The translations under genes were made by a program, and so were the position numbers. A stretch of 64,000 bases of DNA from positions 327,422,001-327,486,000 of the forward strand of contig NC_091471.1 of assembly GCF_036971445.1 (NCBI RefSeq), given 5' to 3'. Numbering within the stretch: position 1 is the first letter of the stretch; the number at the start of each line of letters is the position of its first letter. The DNA comes from Narcine bancroftii. Taxonomy: Eukaryota. Positions 37,001 to 48,740 of this stretch are shown piece by piece. The notes under the pieces were generated by a model. The model was not told the origin of the DNA. It did no database searches and worked only from the letters and a program-made list of their open reading frames with translations.

Positions 37001-40000
37001 GATAATTTGTTTTATTTCTTTCTACATGAATCTTCTTCCAAATATTGAGGAGATGATGAAATACTGGAGAACTTCTATGTTTTACCAATTTTTCATCCCA
37101 TTTATATAATATGTGTTCAGGTATCTTTTCCCCTATTTTATCTAATTCTAATCTCATCCAATCTGGCTTTTCCCTTGTTTGATAAAAATCTGATAGGTAT
37201 CTTAATTGTGCAGCTCTATAATAATTTTTAAAGTTTGGCAGTTGTAAGCCTCCTTGTTTATACCATTCTGTTAATTTATCTAGTGCTATCCTCGGTTTCC
37301 CCCCTCTCCATAAAAATTTCCTTATTATTTTCTTTAACTCCTTGAAGAATTTCTCTGTCAGTTGTATTGGCAATGCCTGAAATAAGTATAATATCCTTGG
37401 AAAAATGTTCATTTTAATACAGTTTATCCTTCCTATTAGTGTTAGTGGTAAATCTTTCCAATGCTCTAAATCGTCCTGTAATTTTTTCATTAGTGGATAA
37501 TAATTGAGTTTATATAGTTGGCCGAGATTTTTGTTTATTTGTACACCTAGGTATCTTATTGCTTGCATTTGCCATCTAAATGGTGATTCCTTCTTAAATT
37601 TTGAGAAATCCGCATTATTCATAGGCATTGCTTCACTTTTATTTACGTTTATCTTGTAACCCGACACTTCTCCATATTCCTTCAATTTCTTATATAATTC
37701 TTTTATTGATAGTTCTGGTTCTGTTAAGTACACTATAACATCATCTGCAAATAAACTGATTTTATATTTCTTGTCTTTTATTTTTATTCCTTTTATATTA
37801 TTATCTATTCTTATCAGTTCTGCTAGTGGTTCTATAGCTAACGCAAACAATTAAGGTGATAGTGGACATCCCTGCCGTGCTGACCTGCTTAAGTTAAATT
37901 GCTTTGATACATGTCCATTTACTGTCACTTTCGCTAATGGTCCCTTATATAATGCTTTAATCCAATTAATATACTTCTCCGGTAAACTGAATTTTTGCAA
38001 TACTTTGAACAAATAATTCCATTCTACTCTGTCAAAGGCCTTCTCTGCGTCTAAAGCAATTGCTACTGTAGGTGCTTTATTTCCTTCTACTGCATGAATT
38101 AAGTTAATAAATTTACAAATATTGTCTGTTGTGCGTCTTTTTTTGATAAATCCAGTTTGGTCTAAATTTACCATTTTCGGTACATGCTCTGCTAATCTGT
38201 TTGCTAATAGTTTAGCTATTATCTTATAATCTGTGTTAAGCAAAGATATTGGTGTATATGACGCTGGTGAGAGTGGATCTTTCCCTTGCTTTAGTATTAC
38301 TGTAATTATTGCTGTTTTACATGAATCTGGTAAGCTTTGTGTTTCATCAATCTGGTTGATTACTTCCAGGAGGGGCGGAATTAATAAGTCTTTAAATGTT
38401 TTGTAGAATTCTATTGGGAATCCATCCTCTCCTGGTGTCTTATTATTTGGTAATTTTTTTATTATCTCTTGTATTTCTACTATTCCAAATGGCTCTGTTA
38501 ATTTATTTTGTTCCTCTATTTGTAGTTTTGGTAGTTCAATTTTAGTCAGAAATTCATCTATTTTCCCTTCTTTCCCTTCGTTTTCAGTTCGGTATAATTG
38601 TTCATAGAATTCTCTAAAGTTTTCCTTAATTTCTTTTGGATTATATGTAATTTGTTTGTCTTTTTTCCTTGATGCCAATACCATTTTCTTAGCTTGTTCT
38701 GTCTTAAGCTGCCATGCTAGGATTTTGTGCGTTTTTTCACCTAGTTCATAATATTTCTGTTTTGTCTTCATTATATTTTTCTCCACCTTATATGTTTGTA
38801 GTGTTTCATATTTTATTTTTTTATCCGCCAATTCTCTTAGTAATATCTTCCTTCATTACTAATTCTTTTTCTATATTTACTATTTCCCTTTCCAACTGCT
38901 CTGTTTCCTGATTATAGTCCTTCTTCATCTTATTATTTGCCCTCTAATGAATGCTTTCATTGCATCCCATAGTATAAACTTATCTTCCACTGATTCCGTA
39001 TTTATTTTAAAATACATTTTAATTTGTTTTTCAATAAATTCTCTAAAATCCTGCCTTTTAAGCAACATGGGGTTTAATCTCCATCTATACATTCTTGGAG
39101 GGATGTCCTCTAACTTTACTGTCAATATTAAGGGTGAATGGTCCGATAGTATTCTAGCTTTATATTCTGTTTTTTTTACTCTATCTTGCATACGAGCTGA
39201 TAACAAAAATATGTCTATTCTTGAGTATGTTTTATGTCTAGCCGAGTAATATTAATATTCCTTTTCCTTTGGGTGTTGTTTCCTCCATATATCCAAAAGT
39301 TGCATTTCTTCCATCGATTTAATTATAAATTTGGTTACTTTGTTCTTTCTGTTAATTTTTTTCCCAGTTTTGTCCATATTTGAATCCAAATTCAGGTTGA
39401 AATCCCCTCCTATTAATATGTTCCCTTGCGTATCTGCTATCTTCAAAAAGATATCTTGCATGAACTTTTGATCTTCTTCGTTAGGTGAATATACATTGAG
39501 TAGATTCCAAAACTCTGAATATATCTGACATTTTATCATTACATATCTCCCTGCTGGATCTATTATTTCCTCTTCTAGTTTAAATGGCACATTTTTACTA
39601 ATTAATATAGCTACTCCTCTTGCTTTTGAATTATACGATACTGCTGTTACATGTCCTACCCAATCTCTCTTTAATTTCTTATGTTCCAATTCAGTTAAAT
39701 GTGTTTCTTGCACAAATGCTATATCAATTTTTTCTTTTTCAGTAAATTTAGCAGTTTCTTCCTTTTAATTTGGTTATGTATTCCATTAATATTTAAAGTC
39801 ATATAGTTCAACGTAGCCATTTTATACTTTGTTTATCTTCCCTTTCCGTTTCTGCATCATTACTTTTCCTTCTTATCCATTTCTGTTTTCTTGTTTTGAA
39901 TCCTTTATAAGACAACATTCCTAAAACATCAAACATTTTCCTTATTCTCCTATTTAAAACTTCTTTAGCCCCAATCCCCCCTTCCCCTCCTGAGTTGTCC

Positions 40001-43000
40001 TTTATCCCTTGTCGGACAACCACATCTCCCCTCTCCATTTGGATTTGCGAATTCACTCGCAAGCGTCAGCTGATTTTGCAGTGACCGTAATACCCCCCCA
40101 CCCAGCCCCCCCCAGAAAAGATTTCGCTTTTCGTATGTGACAAAGGTCACTCTTTTAATTCCCTCCTTATTCCCTCTATTCCTTTTCCTTCCCTTATTAA
40201 TTCTTGTCTATACTATCTATATTTCCCTCTAAATACGGATACATTCATGTATGCACATTATACATATACACACATATACCTCTTTACCCACATACATATA
40301 AATCGTGGTCATTTTTACTCTTATTACATATCTTCATCTCTCTGTTTGTTTTGTAGTTATTCTGCAAATTTCCTTGCTTCCTCTGGATCCGAGAATAGTT
40401 TTTTTTCCATAAGATCGTTTTCGATGTTTTGAACTCTTTCCTCCTCTTCAGGAGCTCAAAACTTATGTCTTTTCAGTTTGCAGTCTTTTGTACTCTCGTT
40501 ACACGTCTTCATCTCTCAGTCTATTTTGTAATTGTTCTGCAAATTTTCGTGCTTCCTCTGGATCCGAGAATAGTCTGTTTTGTTGTCCTGGAATAAATAT
40601 TTTCAATACCGCTGGATACTTTAGTATAAATTTATACCCTTTCTTCCATAAAATCGCCTTTGCTGTATTGAACTCCTTTCTCTTCTTCAGGAGTTCAAAA
40701 CTTATATCTGGATAAATGAAGATTTTTTTGCCCTTTGTACTCCAGTGGCTTATTGTCCTCTCTTACTTTTTCCATTGTTTTCTCCAGTACCTTTTCTCTT
40801 GTAGTATATCTTAGGAATTTTACTAAAACAGATCTTGGCTTTTGTTGTGGTTGTGGTTTAAAGGCCAATGCTCTATGTGCCCTTTCTATTTCCATTTCTT
40901 GCTGTAGTTCTGGACATCCTAGGATCCTAGGGATCCAATCTTTTATAAACTCTCTCATATTCTTGCCTTCTTCATCTTCCTTAAGGCCCACTATCTTTAT
41001 GTTATTTCTTCTGTTATAATTTTCCATTATATCTATTTTCTGAGCTAACAGTTCTTGTGTCTCTTTAACTTTTTTTATTAGATTCCTCTAATTTATTTTT
41101 TAAGTCCTCTACCTCCATTTCTACTGCTGCTTCTCGTTCTTGCACCTTGTCCATTCTTTTTCCCATTTCTGATAAGGTCATATCTATTTTATTCATTTTC
41201 TCTTCTGTATTGTTTATTCTTCTTCTTAAATCATCAAATTCCTGCGCTTGCCATTCTTTAAATGACTCCATGTATTCTTTAATAAGAGAAAGTAAATCCT
41301 TCTTCTTCTATTTCACTGTACTCTTCCTCTTCCTCTTCCTCTGGGTTGGCCATCTGTTGTTTCTTTGTTGCCCTTTTCTTCTCTTCTTTCTTGTTTTCAT
41401 TGTCTTCTGTATTCTCTTCTTGCTGCAGGTGTTCTGCAGCTGTCATTGCCGGCTGTGGAGATCGACTCCCCAGCTGGTCCCCCCTCCCTTCGGTGTGTTT
41501 TTTTTCATGCGTATCGCGCATGCGCACTTTTACTCGGCTCAGCGAGCCATTTTTGTAGTCCATATTCTACCGACCTGAGGGAGCGGGTTTCTCTCTCCAC
41601 CGCGGGCCTCTTCGAACAGGTAAGGCCTTTTCCTTCATCTTCCGTTGTCTTCTCTTCCTCTCTTCTTACCGTTGGTTTCGACTTTTCTTTTTTCGTCGCC
41701 ATCTTCTTTCCACCTTTATATTCACTTTACTTTGATTTTTATTTCTGTGCCTTTGTGTTTTGCTTTGTTTTTTCTGACTTTTCTGGAGAGGGCTGGAGTT
41801 CACCGTCCGGCCACTACTCCATCACGTGACTCCTCAACAACACCTTCTCAGTTAACGACATGTCAAACCTGCCTGGCCTGCAGGAACCATAGAACAATTA
41901 CAGCACAGAAACAGGCCCTTCAGCCCCTCTAGCCAAACCATTTTTTTGCCTCATCCCACTGACCAGCACCCAGTCCGTACCCCTCCCATCCATGGACCTG
42001 TCCAAATTCTTCTTAAATGTTAATATTGAGCCCGCATTCACCACCTCAGCTTGTTCTACACTCCTATGTGAAGAAGTTCCTCCTAAACTTTTCCTCTTTC
42101 ACCCTTAACGTCTGGTTTGTATCTCACCGACCCTCGGTGGGAAAAGTTGATCTACATTTACTCTGTCTGTCCCCCTTATAATTTTAAACACCTCGATCAA
42201 ATCTCCCCTCATTCTTCTACACTTTAGGGAATAAACTCTGAACCTGTTTAACCTGTAACTCAGTTCCTGAGAAAGGATCTCAGGGCCGTATGTGATGTCA
42301 TGTATGTACTCCGACAATGAGGGACAGCATGGTTAGCATAACGCCTTTACAGTGGATTTGATTTCCGCGCCATCCGTAAGGAGATTGCACGTTCTCCCCA
42401 AGTCTGGGTGGGTTTTCCCTGGGAGGGGGTCTCCGGCTTCCTCCCACCCTTCAAAATGTAGTGGGGGTTGTAGGTCAAATTGGGTGTAATTGGGCGGCAT
42501 GGGCCCATGGCCATCAATTCAGGGCAGTAGGACCCCACAGAGCAGCACCGTATCTCCACTCTCCCCAGGTCCACACCAGTGGTCGCGATGTCAGGTTTTT
42601 TTTTAACTCGATGGGCTGCATGGCCTACTGTTCCTGATACACTGGTTCACATGAAATAACGCTGAGCTTTTTTCCAGGTAACACCAGCAAGTTCCTTCCT
42701 CGCTTCCAGAGAAGGTAAAAGGCGACCTTTCTCAAAAAGCAGAAGTATTTGTACAGTGATTAAACCTCACACAGCATGCCTCTTGGCCCTTGGCTGAGAC
42801 CTTAAATACAGAATTGTTCACACACGTCTCAGTCTGGGAAAAGCAGACAGGGAGGGGTGTAGGGGACCGGAGAGGGTTACACAGATGAGGAGGGGTGTAG
42901 GGGACCAGAGGGGGTTATAGAGAGAGGGACGGGTATAGGGGACCAAAGAGGGTGAGAGACATGGAGGGGACCAGAAGGGGGTTACAGAGTCAGGGAGGGG

Positions 43001-45296
43001 TGTTAGGAACCGGGAGTGTTTACAGTGGGTGGGGTGACATGGTTAGCACAATACAGCCCCAGCAACCAGGGTTCAAATTCGCCACTGTCTAAGGAATTTG
43101 TACGCTCTCCCCGTAACCTGCCCGGGTTTTCCATGGGGACTCTAGTTTCCTTCCACCCTCCAAAATGTTGGGGGTTGTAGGTTAATTTGCGTCTGATTAG
43201 GCGGCATGGACGTAAATAGCCAAATTAGGTTCTGTTGTGGTGTAAATAAAAACTCAGTTCAGGTTACCTCATGACAGGAAGGATGTGGCACCTCTGGAGA
43301 GGGGGCAGAGAAGATTCACCAGGATGTTGCCTGGGTTGGGAAACAAGTCTCATGAGGCAAGGTTAGCAGAGCTAGGACTTTTCTCTCTGGAGTGGAGAAG
43401 AATGAGAGGAGACTTGATAGAGGTCAACAAGATTCTGAGAGGCAGAGACAGGGTGGATGGCCAGCGCCTGTTTCCCAGACACCAGAGGACGTCTGTATAA
43501 GGTGAAGGGAGGGAAGTTCAGGGGTAATTTTTTTTTATATACAGAGAGTTGGGGGGGTCTGGAAGGCCTCGCCAGGGGAGGTGGTGGAGGCTGGAACATT
43601 TAAGAGACTCTTAGATGGCCCATGGTTGGAAGAAAAATTGAGGAGTATGGGGTAGGGAGGGATTAGTACTTTAAAAAAAATATTGTCGGCACATCGAGGA
43701 CCGAAAGGCTTGTACTGTGCTTGCGTGTTCAATGTACTCCTCATTGGGGCAAGAGATCCCAGAGGATCAGAGCTAGCACCACCAGGCTGAGGAACAGCTT
43801 CTTCTCACATGCTTAATGACCAAAGGAACTGCTCCCACTGACCTTCCGAGACTCTCATAGTCACAAAACAATTATTTGTGTTGATGAAATACTTGTCCTG
43901 CATATGTATAATTGATCCATGACGTCTGTGTGTGTTGCACCGATTTACAACCCATTCACCTATACCCCCCCCCCCCCCCACCCGGATGGCTTTGAACGGT
44001 GGGAGGAAACCAGAGCCCACAGTGGGAGGGGAAACCCACGGAAGTACAAACACCTCAGACAGCACAGGGATTCGAACCCCTGGTTGTTGGCATTGTGGAC
44101 AGCTCGACGAGGTTGTGTCTGTCACCTTCACCCTTCTCTTCCTCAGCTTGACGAGGTTGTGTCCATCACCTTCATCCTTCTCTTCCCCAGTTTCAGCTTC
44201 AAGTCAGAAGAGGTCGAGGATAATCCTGTGTACGGGAACATCAACTACCTTTACACAGGTGAGGGGTGCTGCATATCACCGTTACTGAACGTGGGCGTGC
44301 GCGCACTCACTGACCTGGCTTTCTCTGGGGGGGAGAAATATACCGAGTTGAGCAGCGTTGGATCAGGCTGGCCCGTGCTGACCCTGGCTTGTCCTGAACC
44401 TCTCTGACATGTGCGCTCATCGAACTTGAGCGTGTGCAGACATACACACACAGACAGATAAACTCAGACATACAGACAGGTACACACAAACACAGGTATT
44501 GAGACAGACAGATACACTCAAACACACACACAGAGATATACTGAGACACAGACAGGTACATTCAAACACACACACACACACACAAATATACTGAGACAGA
44601 CAGATACACTCAAACACACACGCACAGATACACAGACACACCCCCCCCCCCCCCCCCCCAAGAAGGTCAGGATGGAACCTGAGCTCAACTCACTGCCAGT
44701 GTTTTAATGAATTTTTTCCCCAAACATTTCTATGAAAGAGCGATTCTAGAAATATGCCCATTGGTCTTCATAAGGGAGCACTGATCACCGCTCACCGTTC
44801 TCTCCGCAGGGATGGAGAGAGGGAACATTGCACAGACAATAGAAAATGATAAACTAAAGGTAGGTTTAACAACAGTGTGATGGGATGGTGCGGAGGGAGC
44901 TTCACTGTGTCCGACCCTCTCCCCGGGGAGGGTGTGATGGGACGGTGCGGAGGGAGCTCCACTGTTTATTTCCCTCCTATCTGTGCTCAGCGACAGATCT
45001 GCTACGCCAAATTACAACTGGCCCCATTGGGTACACAGCAGGGCAGGAACAAATCCAAGACCCAGTACACGGACATCATGAATGTGCTCTCAAGTTCTCA
45101 CGTGGAGAATCAGGCAGCGAACGGGAATCCTGGTCCGTGGAAGGACAGTACCCAGAGCACAAGCCTGTCCCCCGCCAACCTTCACCTCCTAGACTTGGAG
45201 CCCTCAGACCTCTATGCCTCGGTGCGACTGGTCGAGCGTGGAGAGAAGGACTGGAGGGGTCAGTATGCTAACAAAGAGAGCCTCAAAATTCAGTGA
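28025..45296 (+). CDS. SIT1/TRAT1-family transmembrane adaptor (SIT1-like), ~205 aa; join(28025-28064,34281-34397,42678-42714,44191-44258,44810-44859,44991-45296)
   Basis: Short ectodomain [22 protein letters not shown], one TM segment [22 protein letters not shown], and a tail with [29 protein letters not shown] and QYAN. These match human SIT1 motifs recalled from memory (PLYGNLHYL, MCYTSLQL, VKYSEV, ELYASV, AYAN) in the same order. All junctions are GT-AG and phase-consistent. Confidence 0.85.
34281..34397 (+). CDS. SIT1-like exon 2 (transmembrane)
   Basis: Acceptor ttccag|, donor G|gtaagt, hydrophobic helix. Confidence 0.85.
36042..39820 (-). pseudogene. L1 ORF2, disrupted
   Basis: EN, RT ([22 protein letters not shown]) and CCHC fragments spread over several frames. 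Confidence 0.92.
40499..41702 (-). pseudogene. L1 ORF1, disrupted
   Basis: MATKKEKSK... through [14 protein letters not shown]; frameshifts. Confidence 0.88.
42678..42714 (+). CDS. SIT1-like exon 3
   Basis: [11 protein letters not shown]; phases 1 and 2 bridge exons 2 and 4. Confidence 0.75.
43260..43730 (+). mobile_element. CR1 LINE 3' fragment (others at about 16410-16840 -, 28760-29060 +, 34490-34980 -, 47080-48050 +, 59620-60490 +, 60900-61270 +, 62550-63070 +)
   Basis: [15 protein letters not shown]...[18 protein letters not shown], the CR1 C-terminal signature. Confidence 0.85.
44191..44258 (+). CDS. SIT1-like exon 4
   Basis: [22 protein letters not shown]; donor gtgagg. Confidence 0.88.
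44435..44660. repeat. Compound (CA)/(CAGA) microsatellite followed by poly-C
   Basis: Direct inspection. Confidence 0.85.
44810..44859 (+). CDS. SIT1-like exon 5
   Basis: [16 protein letters not shown]; acceptor ccgcag|, donor AAG|gtaggt. Confidence 0.8.
44991..45296 (+). CDS. SIT1-like exon 6 (tyrosine motifs and stop)
   Basis: [10 protein letters not shown]...TQYTDI...DLYASV...[11 protein letters not shown]. Confidence 0.88.
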   Translation, partial: RQICYAKLQLAPLGTQQGRNKSKTQYTDIMNVLSSSHVENQAANGNPGPWKDSTQSTSLSPANLHLLDLEPSDLYASVRLVERGEKDWRGQYANKESLKIQ

Positions 45297-45399
45297 GACA
45301 GGAACGGCAGAAGTCAGCAGGTCCCTCAGGTACGTGACCATCACAAGGACCCCCCAAGTCAAACCCTACTAGCAAAATTGTCCACCCTTTCCATTCTGG

Positions 45400-46135
45400 G
45401 GAGGCGGTGTTACAGGGGGTCCTAGGGAGGTTGTTGGTGTTTACAGGGGATCCTGGGGAGGGTGTCATTGTTACAGGGGGTCCCAGGGAGGGTGTCGGTA
45501 TTTACAGGGGGTCCTGGGGAGTTTCTGTGTTTATAGGGAGTTCCAGAGAGTGTCAATGTTTACAGGGGGTCCCGGGGAAAGTTTTGGTGATGACAGGTTC
45601 CAGGGAGTGTGTCAGTATTTACAGGGGGTTCCGGGGAGGGTGTCAGTATTTACAGGGGATCCCAGGGATAGTGTCTGCAGGGGGTCCCAGGGAGAGTGTT
45701 GGTGTTTGCAGGGGGTCCCTGGGAGTGTCAGTGTTTGCAGGGGGTCCCAGGGAATGTGTCTGTGTTTGTAGGGTGTCCCGGGGAATGTGTATGTGTTTGC
45801 AGGGGGTCCCGGGGAATGTGTATGTGTTTGTAGAGGGTCCCGGGGAATGTGTATGTGTTTGCAGGGGGTCCCGGGGAATGTGTATGTGTTTGCAGGGGGT
45901 CCCGGAGAATGTGTATGTGTTTGCAGGGGGTCCCGGGGAATGTGAATGTGTTTGCAGGGGGTCCCGGGGAATGTGAATGTGTTTGCAGGGGGTCCCGGGG
46001 AATGTGAATGTGTTTGCAGGGGGTCCCGGGGAATGTGAATGTGTTTGCAGGGGGTCCCAGGGAATGTGTATGTGTTTGCAGGGGGGTCCCGGGGAATCTG
46101 TTGGTGTTTACATGGGGTCCTGGGGAGGGTGTTGG
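45400..46135. repeat. ~31-bp minisatellite (GGGAATGTGTATGTGTTTGCAGGGGGTCCCG)
   Basis: Homogeneous over 45750-46095 and degenerate at the flanks. Confidence 0.9.
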
Positions 46136-46767
46136 TGCTCCCATAGTCACTGACCTTTCTCTCTCCCCCCCCCCCCACCCCAGATATTGGCTGAACTTCC
46201 AGACCTTTCTGTTCAATTTTAATTTCTTACGTTGAATGGAGCTCCAAACTTCTGCAGCTGGGATGTGCGCCCAAGATGGTGACGTCTGTTCTGGGCAGTG
46301 GCCCATGAAGGGTCGCAGACTCCAGAGGTGTTCAGTACAGGGCTTCAGAATCGTCACGCCACCCCTTCCCCAAGAAGAAGCAGAGGAAGCGACCCCACGG
46401 GGACGGTACCCACGGTGGTGGAGCAGTGTCTGAACGACCCGCTCGGGGTGCAGTTCATGGGAACTGGGCATTGGAGCTGGGATTTGACAGGGCGGGAACG
46501 GGGCCTTGGGTGCTGACCGCATCAGATGTTCGGATTTGGAATTTGGGCAGCCAACTGACCCGACTGGACTCTGCATCTGTGGGAGTGCTGGAGGCGAATC
46601 CAAGGTGGACATTCAGTGACTCTGGGGGGACTCTTTTTTGCTTCTCTTTCTCTCGATCTGTAAGCAGGCGATGGGGAATCCTCACGGCGACCCCTTGTCT
46701 GCCTTACGGCAGGGAAGTGTTGAAGTACTTCAACTGCATTACATTTTTAAACGTCCATTTATGTGAC

Positions 46768-46773
46768 AATAAA
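46768..46773 (+). terminator. Probable polyadenylation signal of the SIT1-like gene
   Basis: AATAAA in the putative terminal UTR exon starting at 46184; a second AATAAA at ~46915. Confidence 0.5.
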
Positions 46774-48415
46774 ATGAACCTTTCAATTGACAGGGGATCT
46801 GTTCTAGAAGACGCGGCCTTTAACCGCGAGGAAGAGTTCACCCCTTCCCACCAGATCTCTGGGAGGTGGGGGTCCCACACCGGACGAACGACCTTCCACG
46901 TGAGCCAGAGGGACAATAAAAAACTGGTCGTTCAGGATTTCCCCTCCCACCCCTTTAACCCTTACCTCCTCCTCGACGCCGGGCTCACGGGTTTTGGCAT
47001 GTGTGGTGTTAACTTGGGACCCTGGCGCCCTTTTTCCTGGGAAGCACGGGAGAACGGTCAGCCGACAAATTCACAGTGCTAGACGATAGCACCTCACTAC
47101 AGGACAGACATCAATAAGATAGAAAGAGGGCAGCGAATATGTTGCCCGGACTTCAGGAGTTGAGTTACAGGGATTCCCTGGAGCATAGAAGAATGAGGGG
47201 AGACTTGATCGAGGTATTTAAAATTACGAGGGAATAGACAGAGTAAATATAAGACAGCTTTTCCCACTGAGGGTCAGTGAGGACCAAAACAGAGGACACG
47301 GATTAAGGATGAAAGTGAAGGTTTCGGGGGAACTTCTTCACACAGAGACTACTGATGGTGAGAATTTGATGCACTTTGGAAGGACAAACTAAGAAAGGAT
47401 GTACACAGTGAACGGTCGGGCACTGAGGAGAACAGAGGGATCTGGGAATACAGAGAAATAATTCCCTGAAAGTGGCATTACAGGGGGACAGGGTCGTAAT
47501 AAGAGCTTTTGGCATCTTGGCCTTCATAAATCAGTACTGAGTCCAGGAGTTGGGATGTGATGGTAAAGTTGTACAAGACAATGGTGAGGCTAAATTTGGA
47601 GAATTGTGTGCAGTTTTGGTCATCGAACTACAGGAAAGATATCAATAAGATAGAAAGAGGGCAGAGAAGATGTACTAGGATGTTGCTGGACTTCAGGAAC
47701 TGAGTTACAAGGACAGGTTAAACAGGTTCGGATTTTATTCCCTGGAGCATAGAGGAATAAAGGGAGATTTGATTGAGGTGTTTAAAATTACGAGGGGGAC
47801 GGACAGAGTAAATGTCAGTCAGCCTTTTCCCTCTGAGGGTTGGTGAAAGGTTAAGGGTTATATGTTAAGGGTGAAGGTTTAGGGGAACTTTTTCATGCAG
47901 AAAATGGTGAATGCGGGCTCGATTTTTCCGTTCCAGACAAACTTGGACGGGTATGAGGATGGGAAGGGTATAGACTGGGTGCAGGTCAGTGGGACGAGGG
48001 GAGGTCGGTCATGGACGAGACAGGCCCGTTCCTCTGCTGTTGTGTTTGGTGGTTCTAAACCATCTTGAGGCTTGCCTGCCCCTCAGAAGGGGAAGATTTA
48101 CCAGATAGCAGCACTCGGTGTGACTCCCACCACCCCCATCCCCCAGACACATGACCTCTCCCACCTGGAGGACACCCCTTCCCTGCTCTGTGAACACATT
48201 CTGTGAACACATTATTGCAGGGAGCAACATATCCTCCCCCTCCGGTTCCCCAGAAGCTCGTCCCCGCAACATGCCGCAGGCACCCAAGATGGGATGGACA
48301 GGTGGGCGGACAAGAGAGGACCAATTTTGGCCAACGTGCCTCGCGCGAGCCACCCCCCACCTCCCTTGGACGGCGTGACACAAGGACCTCTCCGTTCCAC
48401 AGGCACAGACAGATT

Positions 48416-48421
48416 TTTAAT
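48416..48421 (-). terminator. Probable TSR2 polyadenylation signal ATTAAA
   Basis: About 205 nt after the stop, with GT-rich downstream sequence. Confidence 0.45.
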
Positions 48422-48626
48422 GAAGTCCCGGCAAAAGGCGGCTTCACCACTGGCATTCTCTGCGGCACATTGTTCCCGGCTGTCAGCTCCATTCCGCAGG
48501 CCTACTGTGAGGGGTCGGTTGCCGAGCGTTGAGGGGTGGGGAGGTTCCTCGGTTGACCTGCGGCCAGACACGCTCTGCCCTGTCGGACCAGCCGAGCGAG
48601 GGCGGCACTCAGCAGGTGAGCTGCGC

Positions 48627-48740
48627 CTACTTCCTCCTCCGCCTCACCACGGTCCAATCTCCGGCGGTCTCCTCCTCACCCTGGCTCCTGCCAGCGGCGA
48701 CTGGACATGATGTGGCGGGTGGATCATCGCACTCCATGAC
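48627..48740 (-). CDS. TSR2: TSR2 exon 5
   Basis: VMECDD...[10 protein letters not shown]. Confidence 0.9.
   Translation of the reverse strand, partial: VMECDDPPATSCPVAAGRSQGEEETAGDWTVVRRRRK

Larger units (their letters stand above)
35792..41834 (-). mobile_element. Full-length LINE-1 copy B, inactive, antisense in SIT1-like intron 2; 19-bp TSD CAACAACACCTTCTCAGTT (35773-35791 and 41835-41853)
   Basis: Same family as copy A; ORF1 41702-40499 and ORF2 39820-36042 are both disrupted; RT motif FADD is intact. Confidence 0.95.

Noticed and set aside
17848-41834. Active L1s or a domesticated L1TD1-like gene
   Set aside because: Both ORFs in both copies have stops or frameshifts, and copy A has FAED in place of FADD.
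42569-42594. Possible 26-nt cassette exon upstream of SIT1-like exon 3
   Set aside because: Weak donor (GTTTTT), frame-shifting, and adjacent to a SINE.
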